Source of the DNA: Caecitellus pseudoparvulus
Taxonomy: Eukaryota > Protista > Bigyra: Bicosoecida
Direction: 5' to 3'
Length of the DNA stretch: 64,000 bases
NCBI GenBank assembly: GCA_965644315.1
Contig: CBFFRQ010000068.1
Coordinates: forward strand, 1,054,001 to 1,118,000
This document shows positions 9,048 to 18,930 of this stretch, in pieces. Numbering within the stretch: position 1 is the stretch's first letter; each line of letters begins with the position of its first letter. The notes beneath the pieces are model-generated. The model was not told the DNA's origin and searched no databases. It saw nothing but the letters and a program-made list of their open reading frames with translations. Made by a program: the position numbers and the translations under genes.

Positions 9048-11801
9048 TCAAGACCCGATTACCGAGGCCCGCCGAGAGAAAAAGGCGCCAAGTTCGCGCT
9101 TCATCTCTCTCCGCTGGGCCTGAGAAGGTTTGGAGTCCCCTTTCCCCCCTAGCTCTTTGGGGCTTCCAGATGAATCGAGCCGCATCACGCTTCCACGGCG
9201 ATGCCGCGGGGTCGCCAAGGCTGAGCCTTCCCGGCTGGGTCCTGTTGCGTGCTTGGGTCGTCGAGGGGGCGGGCGGGGCTTCGTTGAGACTGCTGGAGGA
9301 GGCGTTCGGGCAAGAGCACGGTCAATGGTGCCTGGCTTCTCGGCTTGAGGATTTTGACGTGTTGGGGGGCTCTTCTTCTGCTTACGTTCCAGTCGCTCAA
9401 GCTTGCGCTTTGCTGTTCGGTGCAGCTGGTTGAGCTGCCTGACAAACGCTTGTGCCGCTTGGACCAAGTCCTGCAGTTTGATTTTCACAGGGTCCTCAAG
9501 GAAGAACCTGCATGTCAGCTTGTACTGGTTCTGGACCTTTGCCAAGGACCGCTCCAGCTCAGACATGCAGGCGCGGGCAGCGTCCTCCACTTCAGACACC
9601 GCGGCAGCCTGCTCGGGAGGAGTGGTGCTCTGCGTTCTGAGGAGCTCACAAACGAGGCAACCCTTCCTTAGGATGGAGATGGCGACGTCTGATGAGTCAA
9701 GGGAGCAATCGATGGGAGTCGCCGCCATGAGCAGCGGCAGCTCCTCCTCCACTTCCAGGAGTGCGGGGCTGGCTTCAAGCAGCCCCTCCACCATGAATCC
9801 ACCAAATGTTTGTCCTGCAGGTCCACGTGAGGTGAGGAGCAGGGGGAGGGAGGACAGCTTGAACCCAGACACTGCTGTGTCACGAACCCCGCCAGCAGTT
9901 TGAATGGAGTTACCAATCTGCAGCACCACACCTAAAATGTCAGCCATGCGTTCAGAGTGCCGAAGCTCCCGGCACATGGCAGCCATTTTTTCAAGTTTCT
10001 CGCTGCACGACTGTACTGTGTGCTTGAACGTGCGGGCGAAGTGCAGGAATTGGATCCGTTGCTGGGCACTCGGGACAGGCAAAACAACCTGAGCGATAAA
10101 CTGCTCGGGTACGTCGAGGAGGGCAGGCTTCCCAGTGAATGCCTGGACTTGCTTGATTTCACTGGCAGCTGAGAAAATGCTGAGGGCGCCCAGGGTTTCC
10201 AGCATGTCCACATCGATATCAAAGCTGGCATCCAGGCGCAGCAGTGCATCCGCCAGCTCGGCAAGCCCTACCCTCGACACGACCCTGGACAGAGTGATGC
10301 CCAAATTGCGTCCTTGATTTGAAGAGAAGAATGTCACCTTTTTTGTCTTGAGTTTAGGTGATGGAGTTGCCTGCCCAGCACCGCCTTTGCCCGTGGCGGA
10401 CACTTGCTTGTCCAGCTTGAAGGCATCAGCCGCCTGCTCCAAGAACCTACTACCAAGAATCCCTGAGCCTGGGGATGCACGCGCGCTTCGAATTCTTCCC
10501 GCATCACCTGCTTGAGACATGCGGCGCCCACTGGCGTCGAAAATCGTGCCCTCGACGTCCTGCCCCTCCTGTACAGCTCTCCAGTGCAGACGGGCCATTT
10601 TTGGCCCGAGCTTTGCCTGCCGCTTCGCCTCAGCTGCGCGTTCTTTCCTAACCTTCTTTTGGTGCTTTCTCCCAGCTTTACAGGCGAGGCCAAGCACAAG
10701 GACCTTCGCGCAGCGCTTGCGGTGTGCCCGCCTTCGAACAGACCACCCTCCAAACCCAGCTGCAAACGCCTTTACCCGCCTCCTCCTCGCATGTCGGAGG
10801 CGGGATTCTAAGCACAGGCACCCCACTGCAAACACCCCACAAACACGAATCGCTGATCTGCGACGGTGCGCCCTCCATACAGGGAATGCCAGGCTGTACA
10901 GGCGCACCATGCACAAGGTCCAAAGCTCCAAGCCGGTTAGGGGCACCTGCTTCACGCGCAACCCGGAGGGAGTGCGCGGCACAGAAGTCGGTGGCTTGGA
11001 GGTAGTACTTGAGAGTTGAGCGGCCCTTTTCTGATGGCTTGGCTCTCGGCTGGTTGCAATGTGAGGCGCCTCGTCCAAGGTTGAAACACAGCCGCCCTGC
11101 CGGACACCGTTCACCGCCCTGGCTGACCGTGGGGATGGAAGAGTGGTCGTTCCTGTGCTGGCTCCGAAGCCATGGGCAACCTGAAAACTCATCACTTCAG
11201 CTCGCGCCGCCGAGGGCTCGCTAGACTGCAGTCCAAGGCCGAAGTCCCCAAGTTCAGCATCCAGTCCAACTGGCCCAGAGAATGCAGAGGTGACAGCCTG
11301 CGTTGGGCGGGCGCAGAAGACTCTGAAGCAAGTTGGGGGCAAGAAGCAGAGATTGTCCCTGGTACGCACAAGCTGTGAGCCTGTCTGTGTCGGCACCTCG
11401 CTCGCAGCGTTGTTTGGCCGTGTGTGAAACGCCACGGGACCATGCCTGCTTGCCGAGTGCTTCTCCTGCTCATGCTGGTGGAACCACTTGTACTCATTTC
11501 CCCGGCCAGTCAAAGCTGTGGACTGATACACTGATACATGTGCTGCATGGCCCCGCTTGCTCCAGGTGCCGCCCTTCCCATGCGAGGGTGCAGCTGTTGG
11601 AGAGAACGTGCTGCGCGGCACTGGGTCACTGCGCCAAACTAGCTTGCGCGCGTGCTGTCTGGCAACTTGAAACAGCCAGTCACGGTCTTCGGCAAGCCTT
11701 GCTGCTCGGAGGGTTCCGCTGCTTGACAGCAAGGGGATGTCCACTGCAATGCTGCTCTCAGCCTGCCAAGCGTGAGGTTCAGTGCCGCAGAAGGTATACA
11801 T
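9048..11801 (-). CDS. Formin (FH2 domain) without an evident FH1; may have an upstream exon to ~12110
   Basis: Lasso MARLHW..GTIF, knob NQGRNLGITL, VPEQF, post ILGVVLQIGN..GFKLSSL, and CRFFLED. Confidence 0.88.
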   Translation of the reverse strand: MYTFCGTEPHAWQAESSIAVDIPLLSSSGTLRAARLAEDRDWLFQVARQHARKLVWRSDPVPRSTFSPTAAPSHGKGGTWSKRGHAAHVSVYQSTALTGRGNEYKWFHQHEQEKHSASRHGPVAFHTRPNNAASEVPTQTGSQLVRTRDNLCFLPPTCFRVFCARPTQAVTSAFSGPVGLDAELGDFGLGLQSSEPSAARAEVMSFQVAHGFGASTGTTTLPSPRSARAVNGVRQGGCVSTLDEAPHIATSREPSHQKRAAQLSSTTSKPPTSVPRTPSGLRVKQVPLTGLELWTLCMVRLYSLAFPVWRAHRRRSAIRVCGVFAVGCLCLESRLRHARRRRVKAFAAGFGGWSVRRRAHRKRCAKVLVLGLACKAGRKHQKKVRKERAAEAKRQAKLGPKMARLHWRAVQEGQDVEGTIFDASGRRMSQAGDAGRIRSARASPGSGILGSRFLEQAADAFKLDKQVSATGKGGAGQATPSPKLKTKKVTFFSSNQGRNLGITLSRVVSRVGLAELADALLRLDASFDIDVDMLETLGALSIFSAASEIKQVQAFTGKPALLDVPEQFIAQVVLPVPSAQQRIQFLHFARTFKHTVQSCSEKLEKMAAMCRELRHSERMADILGVVLQIGNSIQTAGGVRDTAVSGFKLSSLPLLLTSRGPAGQTFGGFMVEGLLEASPALLEVEEELPLLMAATPIDCSLDSSDVAISILRKGCLVCELLRTQSTTPPEQAAAVSEVEDAARACMSELERSLAKVQNQYKLTCRFFLEDPVKIKLQDLVQAAQAFVRQLNQLHRTAKRKLERLERKQKKSPPTRQNPQAEKPGTIDRALARTPPPAVSTKPRPPPRRPKHATGPSREGSALATPRHRRGSVMRLDSSGSPKELGGKGDSKPSQAQRREMKRELGAFFSRRASVIGS

Positions 11802-12275
11802 GCTGATTCAAGCACAAGGCGCAAGTGCGCGAGCAAGGGACAAAATTTGGGCACTAGTGACGACCTGGCAGGTGGAAGGGTCTGTTTTGCAGGATAATTC
11901 AAAATGCATCGCTTCCGCGTGCCTGGGCATTCGGGGCGCCATCGGGAAAGGCTGCTGAAGCAAATGAATCCAGCTACAAGCGATTTCCAGCCGCAGTTCC
12001 GGCTCGGAAGCATAGCAGGGGATGAACAGTGTCTTCTTGGCAGGTAGATCGATTCTATGTGTGCCTCTTTCTGCGTGCCTGCCCCGAGCGAGGAAGTGTT
12101 GCTGTGCCATTTCGGAGCGGCGGCCGGCAGCAGCAGCGCGAAAGTCTCCACAGTTCACATTTCACGACCTGCCAAGCAGTTCGAGGTTCAATCAGCGAGC
12201 ACTCCATTTGGTGTCTACGTTAAGGTGTGCCAGCAGTTGCTCACCCCCCCCCCCGTGCCTTTTCCCTCGCTGAAG

Positions 12276-13282
12276 ATGCTTGGCCGGGGTTTGGCGTTGG
12301 CAGCACTGGCTGCCGTCCTGGCGTTGGGATCTGCCAAGCGCTCTTTCACAAGCCTCATGTTCCAGGTGGAACCCAAGACCGAGGACTGTGTACATGAAGA
12401 CCTGAAGGCTGGCTCCGAAGTTGACGCGCAGCTGCTCGTCACGCGAGGTGGCAAGCTGGACGTCCGATTCCGGGTGCGGCATCCCCGCTGCCAGGCCGCG
12501 AGGATCCACGCAGTGCCACCACACAACGGGGCCGATGTTTGCAGATTGAGAACCCCTATAAAGCAGTCCTCTATGAGCAGTTGCTCTTCTCCAACATCGA
12601 CGACCGCACCGGCCAGGTTCTGTCCACCATCGTGAAGAAGGTGAGCTGCTGCGGCTTTTGATGGTGCTGCCGCTTGCACGAGACGGTGGCCTGACCCTGC
12701 ACAGGGGTACAAGTTCATCGCTCAAGTGGATGGCACATACGCCTTTTGTTTCGACAACAAGATGTCTCGGTGGACGGCCAAGGTCATTGACTTCGACATC
12801 ACTGTGAATGGTACGTCCGGTGGCTGGCATGACGCTCGCCTTCGTCCCCGAACCCACGCTGCTCCACTTGCGCAGACAAAGTGGTGGCTGGCGGCGGGGC
12901 CAGCGAGAAGGACGAAGCAGGGAAACCTGCGGAGGTGTCTGTCATGATGTCCTCGGTCACGGCTCTGGGGGAAAGCATGGAGAAGATCTCCACGCAGCAG
13001 AAGTACCACCGCCAGCGCGAGTTCATGAACCGTGACAGTGCGTGCAAGCTGGCCGGGTGCCGTGCCGCTGTCTGAGCAGCACCTCCACCATTGCTTGCAT
13101 TCACTAGTCTTGCGCTGCACCTACCCCGCTCCCCGCGCTGCGCAGCCATGGAGTCTAGCTGTGTGCGTGTTGCCTGGTTCACGGTCACGGAATGCTTGGT
13201 GTGTGTCGGCTTCAGCTTGGTGCAGCTGTTCATGGTGCGTTCGTGGTTCAACACGAAGAGCCGATTGCCCACTCGGGTGTAG
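12276..13282 (+). CDS. p24/emp24/TMED cargo receptor (signal peptide, GOLD domain, coiled coil, TM), multi-exon
   Basis: MLGRGLALAAL signal peptide; FQVEPKTEDCVHE, VTRGGKLDV, GTYAFCFDNKMSRWTAKVIDF, QKYHRQRE; TM then VRSWFNTKSRLPTRV*. Confidence 0.92.
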
Positions 13283-13312
13283 GTGCCTGCAATGCATGCT
13301 CTCTACACACCT

Positions 13313-16123
13313 TCACTCTGTGCTGGCGCTTGCTTTAGCGAGCGTGGCCAAGTCTTGGCGCAGCCTGTTCGTCTCTGCCATGTGCTTAAACAGGAGGCTC
13401 TTCAGGGTTTGCACCGCATTCTCATCAGCACCTGCAGCAGTCACTAGTGAAATGGACTCGGCATCAAGCCCCAGCTCAACTGCGAGAGCCGAGGCAGCGT
13501 CCGCCCCGCCTGCTTGATCAGCCCCCACGCCACTGCCGCCCTTGCCTGTCGCCCCCGTCATCCCTCGAAGCAGAGTCTTCTTGGCATTGAGCTCTTCCGA
13601 TACATCCTGCACGATGGCCTCCAGCATGCGAATGCGCTCGCGCAGGTGCTCGTTTTCGGCCAGCACTCCTGTCAAGCGCTGACCAAGCATGCGCACTGTG
13701 TCAGCATCTTCCGGGGCAATGGTGACGGCAGAGCTGGGGCCTCGAGCAGTCCCCGAGCCACCAGACGCTGGTGGAGCAGGGGCAGTTCCTGCCAGGCCGC
13801 CCCCTCGCAGTGGCGCCCGCACGGGTGGCGCTGTGAGTGCGCCCATGACACGGCCGAGCATGCTGCTGCTGCTGGCGCGAGCGTGGCTTTTGCGCCCCCC
13901 TCCTCCGGGAGACACCGGCGACCCCATGCTTCCGGTACTGTGCATGCGAGCAAGTTGCGGCCTGGGACCACGGTGGCCAGAGGGAGAGGCGCCTGGCAGT
14001 GGCGGGGGCGTGCCAGGCGCAGACAGGGGAGACTGTGACCCGCCTCCACCTGGTGATGACGGCGGCATGCCGACTGTCGGTGCCGCCAGCGCCGTGGCAA
14101 CTTGCTGCTCTGCCTGGGCCACCTGCTGCTGAAGGCTTTCGACCTTCTCTTCCAATGCCTTCTCCCTCTTTCGCCCCTTGGCCACCTCGGCGCCCAGGTC
14201 CTTCTTGAGCTGCTTGTGCTGCTTCACAGCCACCCGGTGGTCGGACGCCAGGCGGGACACTTTCTCCGTCAAGGACTCTACTTCCTCCTCGAGGCGCGCC
14301 ACTTCGGCTTGGGCGGCATCCCGCGCAGCCTGCAGCTCAGCCAGCTCCGCCCTGGCGCTGTCTGCGTCAGCCTTTGCCTCTCGGTTGGCGCGCTCCGCCT
14401 CACTGGCATGCTCTTGGGCCTCCCTGCAAGCCGTCTCTGCATCGCCCAGTCGACTGGTGAGGTCCTTCACTTCCTCTACAGCGGCAGCGGCTCGTTCTTG
14501 TGCCTCTGCCAAGCTGGCCTCGGCAGTCTCGGCACGCTGCGTCGCCGCCTCTGCCTCCGACTCGGCGTTCACCGCGCGGGAGGTACTTGCAGCGGCCTCC
14601 TGTCGCGTTTCAGCAAGTTTGCGTTCGAGATTGTCAGCCCGCTTCTTCGCGTCAGCAGCCTCCTCGCTGGCTACCTTCGCCCTCTCCTCCGCCTCCCCGG
14701 CAGCCAAGGACAGCACCCGTACGCGCTCCTCCAGGGCGACGAGCTTCTCGCTGGCCTCTGCTGCTACTGAGGCTGCTGCGGCTGCACTCTTGGCCACACG
14801 CGCCTCCTCCAAGGCTGCATCTCGAGCAGCTTGTAGCTCCTTCATTTCAGCCGCGTGGCTGCTGGCAGTTTCCTTCAGCACTCGCTGCATCTCGCTCTGC
14901 ACCGTCGCGACTGACGCTTCACTGGCGGACTTGGTCTCGGCCGCCACGTCACTCAACTCATCGACCTGAGCTTTCAACATTGCCACTTGCTCCTTTGCAG
15001 CGGCCAGGTCACCTCGTGAGGACGCCAGCTCCTCCTCTTTCTGCCTGACTTTGGCAAACACACCTGCCAAGTCTTCGGCCGCGTGGGCCTTAGCTTGTTC
15101 CAGCTCAGCCTGCAGAGAAGCCACCGCAGCTTCTTGCTCCTTCAAATCTGCTTCCAGCTTCTCGCGTTCTTCCCGGGCAGCTTTCGCAGCACGCTCACGC
15201 AGCCTGACCTGCCGCACAGCATCTTCACTACCTGAGACCAGCGCCGCCTGCACGTCGGCAAGCTGCGAGCGGGCCTGTGCAAGCCGCTCCTCGTCCCCCC
15301 CATCTTCAGCCTCTAGCTCTTCGATTTCCTCAGTCAGCTCCTGCACTCGGCGCTGCAGAGCTTGTGTTTCAGCTTCGTCTGCAGCTGGAGCTGCCGCCGC
15401 GCCTGCACTGGCGTCTTCAGCCACCATTGCCTTGTACTTCTCCAGCTCCTCGGCATTCTCTCTCAGCAAACCCTGCAGAGCTCGAATCTGTTCACGCAGA
15501 ACGTCCCGTTCTTCCATCATGCCTTGGAGTGCCTGCAGAGGGACGTCGCTGGCTGCGTGACATTCTGCGGCAGTGCACTTGAGCAGAGCCTGTCTCCGTC
15601 CACCTGCCGCGCAGGCAGGCCGGGAACGCACACCACCGGCCCCAACAGGAACCCAAGTAGTATACGTTCACCCCATGTCCATTCACGCTTGCTGGGCGCG
15701 CCTCTGCGTGTTGCTGTGGCAGGCACTCACGGAGGCGTCCTTGCTGGCCTCCAGGGCAGCTTGTGCTTGGCGCAGGGTCGCATCCCCCCTATTGTTCAAT
15801 TCCCGCAGCACGATAACATCCTCCTTTGCGGTTTTCAGCTCTTGTTTGAGCTTTTCATGCGCCCGCTGAAGCTGATGCAGCTCAGCTTGCACCTGGCTTG
15901 CATCCGCCATTCCCAACAAAAAAGCGCACAAGCAATTACCGCATGTGCAGCGTGCATTGGCTGCCTCAGAGAGCAGTCAGGTACTGCGAGGATGTCGCAG
16001 GTGCGACTGCAGACGAAAATTGCCCGCGGCCTTCTCAGTGCTGCCGTCATCCGCCCCGTTTTTGGGAGCCCCCTCCGACATGGCCATGATGTTTTGGACG
16101 ACTGCTGTGTGTGCCTGCTTCAT
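13313..16123 (-). CDS. Long coiled-coil protein with GRIPAP1/GRASP-1-like C-terminus, multi-exon, start uncertain
   Basis: Ala/Glu heptads over ~450 aa; LKKDL..EV.K.RKR, LGQRL....ENEHLRERIRMLE.....EEL..KK.LL and LKSLL...M.E..RL.QDL..L match the GRIPAP1 tail pattern as I recall it; extra coiled-coil exon at 15683-15931. Confidence 0.6.
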
Positions 16124-16329
16124 TCCGAGATTGCACGCCCCAGCAAGCAGACTGAGACCGACAAAATAGTACACCTGTGATCTTCTCAGGTTGAAAAATC
16201 TGCTGCGGCGGCCCTAAAATCTGCCTTTGCTCTGCGAACTCCCCGGCTTCTCACCGTGTGCATTGGTTCGCTGGGCGGAGATCGAGTCGGAACTGCTTCC
16301 CCGAGCCACGGGCAGCTTTCTGTCGGAGA

Positions 16330-18878
16330 ATGGCTCGCAAGCGCGCCGCTGGCAAGCGTGCAAGTTACAACCGTGCATGCGCAGAGGTATGTTCCGTTAG
16401 GCTGGGCACTGCGTGCCTTTTGATTACCTGCTGCTGCCTGTGATTGTGGCACTTCCGACAAACAATTTCCGCCGGCTTGCACTTCCGCCCGGCGCGATCG
16501 AACCTCATCCCGCGCTACCCCGCATCCCGATTCGCACAGTGCTCGAAAGTGAAGAAAAAATGCGATGGCTCTCGCCCCTGCTCCCGTTGTGCCCGTCTGA
16601 GTGCGTTGCTCAGAGAGCCGAGTCTCGCCGGGCCACCCTGACCGCCACGTCACCTTTCTGATGCACAGGTTTGCCGTGCACGGACAAAATCGACCACCGC
16701 TTCCGGCGACGGGAACGGGACGACGAAGAGTCGCTGCCAGGGGATGCTGCAGTACACGTGGCTAAACGCCAAGCAGTGGCTGCGGCGGGATCCCGATCCC
16801 CCGTGCCTGGCACTCCGGCTTTCGCAGAGCCGCCTGTGCCAGTGTCATCAGGCGTCACCGCCGCTATTTCATCCCTGGCCGATGGCCCCGGGGGCTCTGC
16901 CTTGCCCCATGCCACCCTTCTTGGTTTGGGTCTCTTTCCTTTGCTGCAGAGCGCCATGGCCCAGGCAGGCGGTGCGGGCGCGTCGTCCGCCATGAGCATG
17001 GCTGCCCTAGGAGGCCCCTCCATGGCGCTGGCCGCACTCGCCAACCCAAACAACGCGCTGAACCAAATCCTCAGTCAAACGCTGATTAATGCCAACGCTG
17101 CCGCCACCGCAAGTGCCTCCAGGCCCATGCTGGACTGGAATCAGGCCGTGGGCGACCTGTCCACTCCACAGCCTCCTCCACGCATGTGCCTGGGCGCCAC
17201 AGCAGCTGCAGCAGCACACCTAGCCTGCCACATTCCCGATACCCAAGGAGCAGCGTCCTCTTTCCCAGCACAAGGGCGCGCATTGTCCCAGCGCGACACG
17301 ATGCAGGGTGACGCATGTGGTCAGCTTGCCCCTCCAGGAGCGCCCCCACGTGTGATTCCCCCTACGGCGTCAGCAGATGCATGCTTTCTGCAGGACGTGT
17401 CTCAAAGCACTCAATTACCGTGTGGTCTCGAGGGGGAGGACCCCATCGTGCACTTCTCCAACTCTATGCGACTTGCCAAGTGCCCCCTGCCAACTTGCCG
17501 CATGGTGTTCGACGCTAAGTTCAATACCCCCGTCTGTGTACATGCCAACAGGGGCATAGCTGGCTTGTTCAACTGGTGCACTCACGATCTCATCACCCCC
17601 ATCACACGCGTCCCGGCCTACATGCTGTGGATTGATCCAGTCGCTGCCAAGTCGCGGCTTGCTGCAACCCTGGCGGCGAAGCAGCGAGGCCTCGGGCAGT
17701 ACTCAGTTCGCAGTACCTTCCTGCGCCCCAAGTCCACCACGAGAGGTGGTTTCTTTGACCCCCTTGAGGCAGAGTGGGAGCGCTTCTCCTGCACGGAGGT
17801 CGTGCGCGTGGAGCGAGCCAGCAATGGCGCCACTATCCTGTCCGTCACCCTCATGGACATGCGTGAGCTGGCGCCAGAGCAAGCTGCTGTGTCCAGTGAG
17901 GTTAAGTTGAAGGCTGTTGCCTTGGGGAACCTGCTGTCCAAGGCTCTGGAGGAGACCAATCGACGCGCGGAACAGACCCTGGACGGTGTGCCGCCCGTTT
18001 CCCCGCCTCCCCGGCCACCAGGCACACCAGCTCGCACTGCCCTGGAGGCTTGGCACGGTGCCCGCACAACGCTGGCAGAGCTGCCCCCGGCCAAGCGCAT
18101 GTTCGAAGCCCGCACATCTCTGCACTTGGGCCAGACCAAGAGCCTCCTCACTACATCCGTGCGCGCGCTGGGCTGCATGGCGTACCTTGCCTACATGGTT
18201 GGCATGTTCTGGACTGGCCACCCAGCAGCAGTCGAAGCCTTGAGAGCGTTTGATGCTTCGCGGCTTGCGCCTGTTGACGAAGCTGGTGCTTCCACCACAA
18301 GCGGCACGCAAGGCAAGAGTCACCCCACCATGTTCAACGCGGAGGCTGGGACAAAGACCACCGCCACTGTGGATGCAGCCAAGAGCACCCAGCAGCACGA
18401 AACTCCCTCTGTGGACCCCCCTGCAGCCGCCCCAGCTCTGGACAGCCTTTCGGCTGCTGCCATGGCAGCTTTGCAGGCCGAGATCCACGACGCCCGCCTT
18501 CGGGGAGAGCAGCTTGCGCAGTCAGCCGGCACTGCTTCGTCCAAGACGAGCGGTGATGGCCGCGAATGGCCCGAAGATGCGCACAGTGCGGCGTCTCGTG
18601 CGACTCACACCGCTGCTGGCGACGTTGGGGCGCCTGCAGTTCCAAAGGCGGATGGTGACCCTGCCATGACCCATGCGGCTCATGATGCCTTGTCTACATC
18701 TGGCTTTACTCTCGGGTCAGCATTTTCCGACACTGGCTTTGATGAGCTCATGCATCCAATGGCAGCAGGCGGCGTGCGCCATGCGGATGGTGCTCCCACG
18801 GACATGTCAGCTGTCGCCGCGCAGGGCGGCGTCATCCACCTGCTCACGCTGGGCGGCGCCTCCCCCCTCATGTTGTAG
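16330..18878 (+). CDS. Zn(II)2Cys6 (GAL4-type) transcription factor with central PAS-like region; exons 16330-16386, 16540-16600, 16669-18878
   Basis: Splicing GT-AG introns 16387-16539 and 16601-16668 yields RACAECSKVKKKCDGSRPCSRCARLSLPC, an exact Cx2Cx6Cx5Cx2Cx6C, in frame with ORF 16671-18878. Confidence 0.88.
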
Positions 18879-18916
18879 GCACTGAATGTGAATACTCTGT
18901 ACTCTCGCGGCATTCT

Positions 18917-18926
18917 CAATGCATTG
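18917..18926. terminator. Palindromic CAATGCATTG, candidate shared 3'-end/polyadenylation signal between convergent genes
   Basis: Lies in the 52-bp spacer between stops at 18878 (+) and 18931 (-); the same (C/G)AATGCA motif follows many other stops in the window. Confidence 0.5.
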
Positions 18927-18930
18927 CACG

